Source: Octopus vulgaris
Taxonomy: Eukaryota
Direction of reading: 5' to 3'
Assembly (NCBI GenBank): GCA_951406725.2
Contig: OX597842.1
Coordinates: forward strand, 24,180,001-24,244,000
DNA: 64,000 bases
Below are positions 11,861 to 24,483 of the stretch, piece by piece. The first letter of the stretch is position 1. Every line of letters begins with the position of its first letter. Both the position numbers and the translations under genes were made by a program. The notes under the pieces were generated by a model. It made no database searches. It had not been told where the DNA came from and saw only the letters and a list, made by a program, of their open reading frames with translations.

Positions 11861-13553
11861 GGCGATCTTATGGTACAAGTACTGGTGTACTTCCGGAAGT
11901 ATCAGATACATTTCAAAAAAGTGTTTTTTTGTATATATGGGGGATTAGGGTTAGGGTATGTGGCGATACTTCGGTATAAGTACACACGTGACTTTGTTTA
12001 CATTTCTGAAGATAACAGAAACCCTTTTCTTCCACCCCTAATCCCCCATATATAAAAAAAACACTTTTTTGAAATGTATCCGGTACTTCCGGAAGTACAC
12101 AGGTACTTGTACCGTAAGATCGCCAAATATTGAGCTTTATTTGAGAAACCCTTTTCTCCCACCCCTAACACAAACCCTAATCCCCCATATATAAAAAAAA
12201 CACTTTTTTTGAAATGTATCCGGTACTTCCAGAAGTACACAGGTACTTGTACCGTAAGATCGCCAAATATTGAGCTTTATTTGAGAAACCCTTTCTCCCA
12301 CCCCTAACCCAAACCCTAATCCCCCATATATAAAAAAAAAACACTTTTTTGAAATGTATCCGGTACTTCCGGAAGTACACAGGTACTTGTACCGTAAGAT
12401 CGCCAAATATTGAGCTTTATTTGAGAAACCCTTTTCTCCCACCCCTAACACAAACCCTAACCGAAACCCTAATCCCCCATATATAAAAAAAACACTTTTT
12501 TGAAATGTATCCGGTACTTCCGGAAGTACACAGGTACTTGTACCGTAAGATCGCCAAATATTGAGCTTTATTTGAGAAACCCTTTTCTCCCACCCCTAAC
12601 ACAAACCCTAATCCCCCATATATAAAAAAAACACTTTTTTGAAATGTATCCGGTACTTCCAGAAGTACACAGGTACTTGTACCATAAGATCGCCAAATAT
12701 TGAGCTTTATTTGAGAAACCCTTTTCTCCCACCCCTAACACAAACCCTAATCCCCCATATATAAAAAAAACACTTTTTTGAAATGTATCCGGTACTTCCA
12801 GAAGTACACAGGTACTTGTACCGTAAGATCGCCAAATATTGAGCTTTATTTGAGAAACCCTTTCTCCCACCCCTAACACAAACCCTAATCCCCCATATAT
12901 AAAAAAAAAACACTTTTTTGAAATGTATCCGGTACTTCCGGAAGTACACAGGTACTTGTACCGTAAGATCGCCAAATATTGAGCTTTATTTGAGAAACCC
13001 TTTTCTCCCACCCCTAACACAAACCCTAACGAAACCCTAATCCCCCATATATAAAAAAAACACTTTTTTGAAATGTATCCGGTACTTCCGGAAGTACACA
13101 GGTACTTGTACCGTAAGATCGCCAAATATTGAGCTTTATTTGAGAAACCCTTTTCTCCCACCCCTAACACAAACCCTAATCCCCCATATATAAAAAAAAA
13201 CACTTTTTTGAAATGTATCCGGTACTTCCGGAAGTACACAGGTACTTGTACCGTAAGATCGCCAAATATTGAGCTTTATTTGAGAAACCCTTTCTCCCAC
13301 CCCTAACACAAACCCTAATCCCGCATATATATAAAAAAAAACACTTTTTTGAAATGTATCCGGTACTTCCGGAAGTACACAGGTACTTGTACCGTAAGAT
13401 CGCCAAATATTGAGCTTTATTTGATAACCCTTTTCTCCCACCCCTAACACAAACCCTAACCGAAACCCTAATCCCTCATATATAAAAAAACACTTTTTTT
13501 AAATGTATCCGGTACTTCCGGAAGTACACTGGTACTTATACCGTAAGATCGCC
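11861..13553. mobile_element. Nested GGCGATCTT foldback MITE with 8-bp TSD, right arm amplified
   Basis: Left arm 11861-11950 is inverted relative to the repeat units; TSD AAAAATTA. Confidence 0.8.
12020..13553. repeat. Tandem array, 11 units of 139-151 bp
   Basis: AAATGTATCCGGTACTTCC(G/A)GAAGTAC recurs at ~12071, 12211, 12351, 12502, 12641, 12780, 12920, 13070, 13210, 13351, 13500. Confidence 0.95.
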
Positions 13554-13884
13554 AAAAATTATTTACTTTACTCTTTTACTTTGTGTAAAAAAATTATATA
13601 TTTTGTGTTTTATTTACTTTACTAGATAGTCGTTGTAGGATCGACTATTCACGACTATCTAGCGCGAGTATGCGAGTGCGCACACTGGGACCACTGTTCT
13701 TAAATAGTACCCTGTATTTTTAGTCGATTAAAACCTTTTAAACTTTGATATTCGAGTTTGAGTTTATAACAAATATAAATAAATATATGTTTGGTGGAGG
13801 TACATTATAGAGAGAATGATTTAGTAGAAATAACACTCAGTTGAATCCCGTTCTGTATGAATACGTTAGTGAATATAGTGTTAT

Positions 13885-14283
13885 GGCGATCTTTCGTCTC
13901 TAGTAGACCTTTCCGTCGATTTCCATAAAAAAATTTTTTTTTTTACATATGGGCTTGCGGGAACTTTTGAAGTAATATACATACATATACACATACACCG
14001 AGTAAAAAATTTCAGTTATCTCTTTCTTTCACACACACTAACAGAAGCACTTCACTTACACAACATACTGTCTGTCTCCCACACGCCATCAAACACACAC
14101 ACATGTACATCAATGCTTGCCATGCACAGTAACTTCAAAAGAACTTCCCTCGTCATAAAATCGCTTTCTCTTAGTCTCTTTCGCTCTCATTACTTCAAAA
14201 GTTCCCGCAAGTTCCCATATGTAAAAAGAAAAAAATTTTTTACGGAAATCGACGGAAAGGTCTACTAGAGACGAAAGATTGCC
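13885..14283. mobile_element. MITE with ~90-bp TIRs beginning GGCGATCTT
   Basis: GGCGATCTTTCGTCTCTAGTAGACC... / ...GGTCTACTAGAGACGAAAGATTGCC; no TSD seen. Confidence 0.8.
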
Positions 14284-14493
14284 CAAATAGGCTATCTACT
14301 ATAATTAAAGAGATTAAAAATTTGTTGCTTTTTCGTGGCCACACCCAGTAAAATCCATAATTCATGAAGTTTATTGGAGAATATAATATCGATCTCAGAC
14401 TAACAACATTGAAAACTTTCACTACTGCCTGGAGTTTCCTATTAGCCAGATACGTAGTCTTTTATTAAAAATAAAATATGTATTATATCTTAC

Positions 14494-15002
14494 CTGTTAT
14501 GATGAATGACTCCGCGTTTAATGTGAAATATCTTTACACAAAATAGCGATTTAGCGGGAGACACTTCAAAAAGCTGACACGGAACGTCGACGAAACGAGC
14601 TATAATCCGGATGTTTCTTATGAATTCTGTCGAATGTTGAAACTAAGATGGTCAGTTTTCAATGTTTTTTTTGTTTTTTTTTGCTATAATTACTTTTTGA
14701 AATTGTGAACTGCAAGAAGAAATCTGAATAATGGGACAAGATATAAAAACTAGAACCTGACGAGCGTTTAATGTGAAATATCTTTACACAAATTATCGAT
14801 CTAGTGGGAGACACCTCAAAAAGCTGACACGGAACGTCAACGAAACGAGCTAAAATCCGGATAATTATGGTCAGTTTTCAATGGTCTTTTTTTTTGTTCT
14901 TTTTTTTTTTTTTTTTTTTTTTTTGCTATTATTACTTTTTGAAATTGTGAACTGCAAGAAAAAATTTGAATAATAGGAAAAGATATAAAAACTAGAACCT
15001 GA
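14494..15002 (-). promoter_or_regulatory. Promoter and non-coding exon 1 of ZNF1, tandemly duplicated
   Basis: Donor CAG|GTAAG at 14494/14493; motif GACACGGAACGTCRACGAAACGA at ~14576 and ~14826 (duplicated ~250 bp). Confidence 0.6.
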
Positions 15003-15076
15003 CTATTTTTAACGTGCCATTGGCACAGAAGCCAGCTTGTTGCTCTGGCAATGATCTCACTCGTATGGTACTCTAG

Positions 15077-15307
15077 ACGGTGAGCTGGCAGAATCGTTAG
15101 GATGCCGGGTGAACTGCCTAGTGGTATTTCGTCTGTCTTTACGTTCTGAGTTCAAATTCCGCCGAGGTCAACTTTGCCTTTCATCCTTTCAGGGTTGATT
15201 AAATAAGTACCAGTTACACACTGGGATCAATATAATCGACTTAATCCTTTTGTCTGTCCTTGTTTGTCCTCTCTGTGTTTAGCCCCTTGTGGGTAGTAAA
15301 GAAATAG
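15077..15307 (+). mobile_element. tRNA-derived SINE, family B
   Basis: GGCGAGCTGGCAGAA head, GAGTTCAAATTCC B box, GCCTTTCATCCTTTCGGGGTCGAT core, tail GCCCCTTGTGGGTAGTAAAGAAATA. Confidence 0.85.
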
Positions 15308-15377
15308 GTACTCTTAGCGCTCCACTAGCACAGATGCCAGTCATCGAATTCGATTTAGTCATCAATTATGAGTATAT

Positions 15378-15762
15378 ACTCTTTTACTCATTTCAGTCAT
15401 TTGACTGTGACCATACTGGAGCACCGCCTTTTAGTCGAGCAAATCGACCCCAGGACTTATTCTTATGTAATCCCAGTACTTATTCTAACGGTTCCTTTTG
15501 CCGAACCACTAAGTTACAGGGACGCAAACACATCAGCATCGGTTGTCAAGCGATGTTGGGGGGGGGACAAACACAGACACATGAACATACACATATATAC
15601 GACGGGCTTCTTTCAGTTTCTGTCTACCAAATCCACTCACAAGGCTTTGGTCAGCCCGAGGCTATAGTAGAAGACACTTGCCCAAGGTGTCACGCAGTGG
15701 GACCGAACCCGGAACCATATGGTTGGTAAGCAAGCTACTTACCACACAGCCACTCCTGCGCC
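15378..15762 (-). mobile_element. SINE family A
   Basis: Full-length reverse copy. Confidence 0.85.
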
Positions 15763-15849
15763 TATATATAGCATGTTCTTGAGAATGATTTGTCACAGAC
15801 ATCACAGTGATATAATTTCTCTTTAGTATGAGTGGACTTGTGATTACTT

Positions 15850-16152
15850 AGATGTCTTGCGAACAACTTGCACATGCAAGTGCTACCAGTCAAAAGCTCC
15901 GTATACCGGAAGCCAGCAAATATATGGGGTCATCTGGAAAGAATGCGCACCATTTCGGGGCCTACCTCTTGATGGCATCAATGTGCACCAGCCCCCCTCA
16001 TTGATATGAGGCCCCGCTTGCTAGATCAGCTGGTTATGAAGTTAAACTCAATATCCTTCTAGCCATCGCTCATCGTCTCTTTTTAACCAAATCCAGTGGC
16101 TAGCCTTCTCCACTGTAGATTGGATATCGGTCATGGTGGTATTGACTTTATG
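15850..16152 (-). mobile_element. 5'-truncated RLE-type (HERO-like) non-LTR retrotransposon 3' end
   Basis: Minus strand encodes VEKASHWIWLKRDDERW, resembling HERO-type ORF C-termini; interrupts the ZNF2 degenerate tail. Confidence 0.45.
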
Positions 16153-16181
16153 ATGAATGGTTTACTGCAGATATCACAGTG

Positions 16182-17402
16182 CTATGGTTTCTCTCTTGTA
16201 TGAATGTATCTGTGTCTATTAAAGTTACTTTTATGAGAGAATGGTTTACCACAGACATCACAGCAAAATAGTTCTTCTCTTGTATGAATGCGTTTGTGAT
16301 CAGTTAAATATTTTCTTCCACAGAATGATTTACCACAGATATCACAGGAATATGGTTTCTCTCCAGTGTGAAGGTATATATGAGAGGTTAAACTGCTTCT
16401 AGAAGAAAATGATTTTCCACAAAAATCACAAGGATATGGCTTCTCTCCTGTATGAGTGCGTTTGTGTACAGATAAACTACTTTTTTGAGAGAATGCCATA
16501 CCACAGATATTACAGTGATATGGTTTCTCACCTGTGTGAATGTATTTATGAGAGGTTAAAGAGCTCAAAAGAGTGAATGATTTACCACAGATGTCACAGT
16601 GATGTGGTTTCTCTCCAGTATGAACGGATTTATGGTAAGTAAGGCCAGTCTGTTGAGAGAATGATTTACCACAAATATCGCAATGATGTGGCTTTTCATG
16701 AGTATGAGTAAGTTCATGAGCAGTTAAATAACTTCTTTGTGAAAAAGATTTACCACAGATATCGCAGTGATATGGTTTCTCTCCAGTATGAACGGATGTG
16801 TGAAAAGAAAGGCTACTCCTATAAGAGAATGATTTACCACAAATATCACAGTTATATGGTTTCTCTCCTGTATGAATGGATTTGTGAGAAGTTAGGACAG
16901 TCTTTCGAGAGAATGATTTACCACAGATATCACACTGATTTGGTTTCTCTCCAGTATGAACAGATTTGTGATAAGAAAGGCTACTTTTCTGAGAGAATGA
17001 TTTACCACAAATATCACAGTTATATGGTTTCTGTTCTGTATGAATGTATTTGTGAGAAGAAAGGTGACTTTTTTGAGAGAATGATTTACCACAAATATCA
17101 CACTGATTTGGTTTCTCTCCTGTGTGAGTATATTTGTGAGTGGTAAGGTGACTTTTCTGAGAGAATGATTTACCACAAATATCACACTGATTTGGTTTCT
17201 CTCCTGTATGAATGTATTTGTGATTGGTAAGGCTACTTTTCTGAGAGAATGATTTATCACAAATATCACAGTTATATTGCTTTCCACGTGCATGAATACG
17301 TTTGTGAACAGCGAGATTTCCCTTACTAGATAAAGACTTTTTACAGATATCACATTGGTATAATAATTCTTCTTTTTCTTTTGTCATCTCTTGAGGATTC
17401 AT
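16182..17402 (-). CDS. C2H2 zinc-finger protein 2 (406 aa, 14 fingers)
   Basis: Intact tandem fingers; predicted intron 17709-20663. Confidence 0.92.
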   Translation of the reverse strand: MNPQEMTKEKEELLYQCDICKKSLSSKGNLAVHKRIHARGKQYNCDICDKSFSQKSSLTNHKYIHTGEKPNQCDICGKSFSQKSHLTTHKYTHTGEKPNQCDICGKSFSQKSHLSSHKYIHTEQKPYNCDICGKSFSQKSSLSYHKSVHTGEKPNQCDICGKSFSRKTVLTSHKSIHTGEKPYNCDICGKSFSYRSSLSFHTSVHTGEKPYHCDICGKSFSQRSYLTAHELTHTHEKPHHCDICGKSFSQQTGLTYHKSVHTGEKPHHCDICGKSFTLLSSLTSHKYIHTGEKPYHCNICGMAFSQKSSLSVHKRTHTGEKPYPCDFCGKSFSSRSSLTSHIYLHTGEKPYSCDICGKSFCGRKYLTDHKRIHTREELFCCDVCGKPFSHKSNFNRHRYIHTREKP

Positions 17403-18222
17403 TATTATTCAAAATGTATTTTTTTCTTTCTTCTTTATATATTTCTCTGTTGATTCAAAAAGTTCTACAGCTGTAATCACAGCTGATCTGATCTTTGTGA
17501 ATATCTGAAGGTAATACAAACACCTTTGCAGATTTCTCCAAGTTCAAGCAGCAGGTCAAATACTTATTTCAGTTATTTACCAGAGATTTGTTATAGAAAC
17601 AGGGTGATATATATTATTTATAATATCTTCCATTAGTCTTCAAGTGATGATCAATATTCATCATGTATCTGATGTAAAAACTCCTTTATACCACTAACAT
17701 CTCACATTCTGAAATGACACAGAAACAGTAGAAGATATAGGAAAGACTTAAAAAGCAGGGATTCAACAAAAGAAAATGTAATTACATTTTCATAATGATA
17801 AACTGTGGATATAAACTTTTACCCCAATAATTAGTCTTGAAAATTTATTTCGTTATCAAAATTATATTATACAACCTTGTGTAATGTGACAAAAATTAAG
17901 TTTTAAAGAAGGGTGGTTTGGAGGGAGGGACAGGCAGAAGTCTTGCCACGAGGATTTTTGGCAAAAACAATTTTTTAAAAACACAAATTTGGGAGAAAAT
18001 GGGGCTGGAGGACAGGTGGAAGTCTTTCCGTAAGGTTTTTGAAAATTATATTGCAGCCTCCACCTAACACTGTGACAAACAGCAATAAACCTCTAGCTTG
18101 TTTCGGGAGGCGTGGAGCGGTAGTAACAAAGGATGCAGATACAGGGTTCCCTAAGTATGTCCAGGAGGGAACACCCGATCATGGATGGGAACTGGGATGT
18201 AATACATTAGTGTGATAATGAC

Positions 18223-18590
18223 ATCATCATCGTTTAACGTCCGTTTTCCATGTTAGCATGGGTTGGACGGTTTGACTTGGGCTGGCGAACCAGATGGCAG
18301 CACCAGGCTCCAGTCTTGATCTGGCAGAGTTTCTACAGCTGGATGCCCTTCCTAATGCCAACCACTCCGAGAGTGTAGTGGGTGCTTTTACATGCCACCA
18401 GCATGGGGGCCAGTCAGGCGGTACTGGCAATCTTTTTACACATGCCAGTGAAACGGCGTTGGTAATGATCACGCTCAAATGGTGCCCTTTTACATGCCAC
18501 GGGTACAGAAGCCAGTTGGCTGCTCTGGCAACGATCACGCTCGGATGGTGTTCTTGGCACCCTACTAACACGGGCACAAGTGCCATTAAG
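18223..18590 (-). mobile_element. SINE family C
   Basis: Family C core and (CAT)n. Confidence 0.8.
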
Positions 18591-18971
18591 ATACATATAT
18601 ATATATATATATATACAAATATATATATATACATATATATACACACACACACACATATATATATACATATATACACACACACATACATATATATATATAC
18701 ATACATAAATTTTAGTTTAAAAACCTATATCTGTGAAATGCTTGTGAAGACACACGCACACATAACCACATTTCCAACCTCTTGTGGTTATATCTACATG
18801 AAACCAGAACAAATGAATTCAATCAATAGTTTATATGAAAGATACACATCATAATTAGTGAGTTGATGTAAATGAGGAAAATGTAAAAAATTAATTTGCT
18901 CAATAAAAAGTAATACAATTGCTCTGTTTTATTCATCAGGACATCTATTTTATCACTGAGATATCATTATA

Positions 18972-19290
18972 AGGTGGCGAGCTGGCAGAAACGTTAGCAT
19001 GCAGGGCGAAATTCTTAGTGGTATTTCGTCTGTCTTTATGTTCTGAGTTCAAATTCCGCCGAGGTCGACTATGCATTTCATCCTTTCGGGGTCGATTAAA
19101 TAAATATCAGTTACACACTGGTGTAGATATAATCGACTTAATCTCTTTGTCTGTCCTTGTTTGTCCCCTCTATGTTTAGCCCCTCGTGGGCAATAAAGAA
19201 ATAAGAAACGTTAGCACGCTGGGCGAAATGCTTAGCAGTATTTCGTCTGCCGCTACGTTTGTGTTTAGCCCCTTGTGGGTAGTAAATAAA
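18972..19290 (+). mobile_element. SINE family B with partial tandem copy
   Basis: Family B sequence. Confidence 0.8.
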
Positions 19291-19494
19291 TGAGATACCG
19301 TTATTAGGCGGAGGTAAAGAATATGTACACCACCCGAACCCTAAACACCGTGAGACCGTATTATTTACTTTCACCTCCTTATTGATCAGTCTGAATAAAT
19401 ATGTTCAGTTGAGGTATATTATTGAGAGAATGATTTGGTAGAGATAACACACTCATATGAATCCGGTATGAATAGGTTTGTGAATCTTGTTTTA

Positions 19495-19878
19495 CGATAC
19501 GTCGGACGAAATGCTTAGCGGTATTTCGTCTGCCATTACGTTCTGAGTTCAAATTCCACCGAGGTTGACTTTGCCTTTCATCCTTTCGGGGTCGATAAAT
19601 TAAGTACCAGTTACGCACTGGGTCGATGTAATCGACTTAATACCTATGTCTGTCCTTGTTTGTCCCCTCTGTGTTTAGCCCCTTGTGGGTAATAAAGAAA
19701 TAGGTATTTTGTCTGCCGTTACGTTCTGGGTTCAAATTCCGCCGAGGTTGACTTTGCCTTTCATCCTTTCGGGGTCGATTAAATAAGTACCAGTTACACA
19801 CTGGGGTCGATATAATCGACTTAATCCGTTTGTCTGTCCTCTCTGTGTTTAGCCCCTTGTTGGCAGTAAAGAAATAGG
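19495..19878 (+). mobile_element. Two tandem 5'-truncated family B SINEs
   Basis: Core and tail repeated twice. Confidence 0.8.
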
Positions 19879-20139
19879 TATCACTGGCCTCATGTTGCAG
19901 TCAGCTATTTGTGCTTTATGATAAAACAATAGACGGCTTTGAAGGGACACTATCAACAAATAGAATATCTACTACAATTAAAGAGATTAAAAATTTGTTG
20001 CTTTTTCATGGCCATGCCAAGTAAAATCCAGATTTTCTTGGCATTATTCATCAAGTTTACTAAAGAATAGAATTAATTTCGCTCTCAGACTAACATTTAA
20101 AACTTTCACTACTGCCTGGAGTTTCCTATTAGCCAGATA

Positions 20140-20618
20140 GGTTAAACTAAAGCGTTACGCCATTCAGAGAATCAAAAAAAAAATGTGTGTAATAGGTGTA
20201 AAACAACTTCCTATGAACGAATATGAAAAAAAAATGCCCGCACGCGAAAGGGGGGTGGGGGAGAGGCCTCGGAAAATTCACATCGGGAATTTCCGAAAGC
20301 GTCTGAGGGGCTGACCCGGGCACCAAAACAAAAAATTAATAGTGTAATATGTGTAAAACAACTTGCATTTTTTTTGTCATATTCGTTTAGAGCAAGTTGT
20401 TTTACACCTATTACACTATTTTTTTTTTGTTTTGGTGCCCGGGTCAGCCCCTCAGACGCTTTCGGAAATTCCCAATGTGAATTTTCCGAGGCCTCTCCTC
20501 CACCCCCTTTCGCGTGCGGGCATTTTTTTTTTCATATTCGTTCATAGGAAGTTGTTTTACACCTATTACACACATTTTTTATTTGATTCTCTGAATGGCG
20601 TAACGCTTTAGTTTAACT
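20140..20618. mobile_element. Palindromic GGTTAAACTAAAG MITE, 8-bp TSD
   Basis: Near-perfect ~480-bp foldback; TSD GCCAGATA; single-copy empty site in the ZNF1 intron at ~14445. Confidence 0.9.
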
Positions 20619-20663
20619 GCCAGATACGTAGTCTTTTATCAAAAATAAAATATTATACCTTAC

Positions 20664-20800
20664 CTGTTATGTTATTTGAATTGGTGTTTAATGTGAAATA
20701 TCCTTAATTACACAAATAAGCGATTTACCGGGAAATTTCATTTGAAGACACTTCAAAAAGCCGACAAGGAACATCAACGAAACGAGAAAAATTAGGATTT
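20664..20800 (-). promoter_or_regulatory. Exon 1/promoter of ZNF2
   Basis: Donor CAG|GTAAG at 20664/20663; degenerate shared motif at ~20763. Confidence 0.55.
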
Positions 20801-21214
20801 TTTATTTTTTACTTCGCATTACGACTCTTTTTGTCGGATGTTAAAACTAAGATGGCCAGTTTTTGATGTTTTTATTGCTATAATTATTCTTTGAAAATGT
20901 GAATTGCAAGAAAAAAATCCGATTAATGGCAAAAGATACAAAGATATAAATACAAGACTATTTATTTTCAATTTTATTGCTAATTCTATGTTATTGTGAC
21001 ACCGAAGCCCAAAGTTACACAGACACAGCTTGTCAGACAGTGATGGGATGAGGTAGAGGTTGGGGGAAGACAGAAAGACACGTGTGTTACTCCCATCAGT
21101 TTTCGAAAACCATTGTTGGTTTGTTTACATTCCTGTAATTTAGTTCTAGAGCGTCCTGTAACTTAGTTCTAGAGGGAGAGAGTCCGATTGTATAGCTACC
21201 AGATTAAAAATAAG

Positions 21215-21915
21215 GGATCTTTTCCTTTTGAACGGCAGTTTTCAACACAATTTCCAGTTAACCAAACACTTTAAAACTTCGTATACTGGTAGAATGTGTC
21301 AAAAGAAAACATCTTTTTTTCTCTTGGCTTTATTGAGAAAATTGTAATTTGTTTGTTTAACGTAGTTTAATTTTTCGAATTTTAACCAATCCTATGCCCT
21401 CTATTTGGCTAAAATCATTTGCTGCATCTAAAACTGAGACAACATCCTGTCATTAATCCCAAACCTCACCCTAACCCTAACTCTAAATTTTTTCTTTCTT
21501 AATAGTTAAATTAATTTAATTGTTACGCGTGTAAAAAAACTAAAGCAATGGAAAATAATTTAAACAATTAACAAACAAAATAATTCTATAATTTTATGCA
21601 AACGCTTTCCGTACACGCATAACAATTAAATTAATTTAACAATTAAGAAAAAAAAACAAAAGGCTAAAATTTAGGGTTAGTGACAGGATGTTGTCTCAGT
21701 TTTAGACGCAGCAAATGATTTTAGCTCAATAGAGGCCATTGATTAGTTAAAATTCGAAAAATTAAACTACGTTAAACAAACGAATTACAATTTTCTCAAT
21801 AAAACCAAGAGAAAAAAATGTTTTATTTTGATACATTCTACCAGTATACAAAGTTTTAAAGTGTTTAGTTAACTAGAAATTGCGTTGAAACCTGCCGTTC
21901 AAAAGGAAAAGATCC
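21215..21915. mobile_element. Foldback MITE GGATCTTTTCC...GGAAAAGATCC
   Basis: Almost entirely palindromic 700 bp; TSD AAAATAAG/AAAATATG (7/8); internal CCCTAA/TTAGGG motifs. Confidence 0.85.
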
Positions 21916-22346
21916 AAAATATGTTCAGGTATTGCTTTGCTCAACGAAACCCAAGAGCTGATACTGCAGAATGGACACAGTTTAATTATAGAATTATATA
22001 AAACATGCATGTTTCTATGTATTGAAGTATGCGTGTGTGTATGCCAGCATGCACGTAGTTTCGTGTCCATCCATCCATCTTTCCTCCCATCGCTGCTTTC
22101 TTCATTCCTTCCTCCCTCATATTCCTTATCAATCCATTTCAGCTTTGGTATGGTTTCCAGATGTGGATGTCCTTCTAGCACAAACGATTTTACACTGCGT
22201 AGTGGGTCCTTGTTTCTTGCTACAAGCACTCATGGGATTGCTAGGTAGGACATGAAATAATCGGAAAAGAGGAGAAAATGTTTAAGGAGGTAAAGAAATG
22301 ATTTTGCGCCAAGGAATAAGTGTTTTGCCACAGAGAAGATACATAT

Positions 22347-22571
22347 ATTTCTTTACTACCCACAAGGAGCTAAACACAGAGGGGACAAACAAGGACAGAC
22401 AAACGGATGAAGTCGTTTATATTGACCCAGTGCATAACTGGTACTTAATTTATCGACCCCGAAAGGATGAAAGGCAAAGTCGACCTCGGCGGAATTTGAA
22501 CTCAGAACGTAACGGCAGACGAAATACGGCTACGCATTTCGCCCGGTGTGCTAACGTTTCTGCCAGCTCGC
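22347..22571 (-). mobile_element. SINE family B with TSD
   Basis: Flanked by CACAGAGAAGATACATA direct repeats. Confidence 0.9.
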
Positions 22572-22588
22572 CACAGAGAAGATACATA

Positions 22589-22822
22589 GGCGCAGGAGTG
22601 GCTGTGTAGTAAGTAGCTTGCTTACCAACCACATGGTTCCGGGTTCAGTCCCACTGAAATAGGAAGAAAGAGTGAGAGAAAGTTGGAGCGAAAGAGTACG
22701 GCAGAGGTCACCACCACCCCCTGTCGGAGGTGCTTTTGCTCAATAAACACACACAATACCCGGTCTGGGAATCGAAACCGTGAGTCTTGCTGCCCTAACC
22801 ACTGAGCCATTGCACCTCCACA
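22589..22822. mobile_element. Fused SINE A head (+) and SINE D 5' part (-)
   Basis: 22589-22655 is the family A head; 22656-22822 is homologous to 31890-32081. Confidence 0.7.
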
Positions 22823-23096
22823 CATCTTTTTAATACCTTTCTTGCTGGATTATGAGTTCATTTCTCTTTTTGCCATCTGTGATTTTATTTTTGATCTTCT
22901 ATATAAATGAAGAAGTTTGAATGTGTTTAGTTACAAAAAAATATCTTTTAAATCTGTCGGTCAAAAGGTAAAGATCCAGAAATTCAGATGTGTAACATTG
23001 TGCAAATTCATTTCTGTAAATGTTTATCGTGAGCCCTGCCCCCACACACACATATACGCACGTGGATACACATTGATGAAGTCCCGTTTGGAAGTA

Positions 23097-23477
23097 TACT
23101 CTTTTACTTGTTTCAGTCATTTGACTGCAGCCATGCTGGAGCACCGCCTTTAGTCGAGCAAATCGACCCCGGGACTTATTCTTTGTAAGCCCAGTACTTA
23201 TTCTATCGGTCTCTTTTACCGAACCGCTAAGTGACGGGGACATAAACACACCAGCATCGGTTGTCAAGCAATGCTAGGGGGACAAACATAGACACACATA
23301 TATATACATATATACGACGGGCTTCTTTCAGTTTCCGTCAACCAAATCCACTCACAAGGCTTTGGTCGGCTAGAGGCTATAGTAGAAGACACTTGCCCAA
23401 GATGCCATGCAGTGGAACTGAACCCGGAACCATGTGGTTGGTAAACAAGCTACTTACCACACAGCCACTCCTGCGCC
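23097..23477 (-). mobile_element. SINE family A between ~225-bp direct repeats
   Basis: 22872-23098 duplicated at 23475-23700. Confidence 0.85.
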
Positions 23478-23813
23478 ATCTATGATTTTATTTTCGATCT
23501 TCTATATAAATGAAGAAGTTTGAATGTGTTTAGTTACAAAAAAATATTTTTTAAATCTGTCGGTCAAAAGGCAAAGATCCAGAAATTCAGATGTGTAACA
23601 TTGTGCAAAATCATTTCTGTAAATGTTTATCGCGAGCCCTGACCCCACACACACATATACGCACGTGGATACACATTGATGAAGTCCCGTTTGGAAGTAT
23701 GTTAAAGATTTTTATCATTTTGGAATGAAGAATACAAACATAGGTGCTGAGCCAGTGACTAAACTTGTAGTATTTCGTTGGGATTGCTCCAACGAATTGA
23801 GAACAAAATAATT

Positions 23814-23967
23814 GAGTGGCTGTGTGGTAAGTAGCTTGCTTACCAACCATACAGTTCTGAGTTCAGTCCCTCTGCGTGGCACCTTGGGCAAGTTCTTCTA
23901 CTATAGCCTCGGGCCGACCAAAGCCTTGTGAGTGGATTTGGTAGACGGAAACTGAAAGAAGCCCGTC

Positions 23968-24019
<52 letters not shown>

Positions 24020-24228
24020 ATGTGTGTCTGTGTTTGTACCCCCAACATCGCTTGACAACCGATGCTGGTATGTTTACGTCCCCGTTACTTAGCAGTTCGG
24101 CAAAAGAGACCGATAGAATAAGTACTGGGCTTACATAAGAATAAGTCCTGGGGTCGATTTGCTCAACTAAAAGGCGGTGCTCCAGCATGGCCGCAGTCAA
24201 ATGACTGAAACAAGTAAAAGAGAGAGAG
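23814..24228 (+). mobile_element. SINE family A
   Basis: Family A with internal (TA)n. Confidence 0.85.
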
Positions 24229-24483
24229 GTTCTATCAGAATCATTTACCTTTAAAGCAAAAAAAAAAAACCCGACGTATACAACAGGTATGTAAAATATA
24301 TTTTATGTACTTCTTTCTCTGTTCTTTCGGATAAGCTATAGAAATTATTGCATGCACGCGCACACAAACACAAAAATTCGACATTTAGCTGTTATTTTTA
24401 GCATATCTAGTATTGCGGTGAGGGCTTCACATGGTGTAATCCTTTTGCTCTTTCGGAGTATATAGAACATAAGAAGAAATACT

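Larger units (their letters stand above)
11768..13711. mobile_element. MITE with GGTACTATTTAAGAA TIRs and 9-bp TSD (outer element)
   Basis: ~40-bp TIRs; TSD CTGTATTTT at 11759-11767 and 13712-13720. Confidence 0.8.

Noticed and set aside
12020-13553. CRISPR-like appearance and ORFs of the 140-bp array
   Set aside because: Units are wholly repeated with no unique spacers and no cas genes; eukaryotic MITE-derived.
21460-21685. TTAGGG/CCCTAA as interstitial telomere
   Set aside because: Only 2-3 units, internal to MITE arms.
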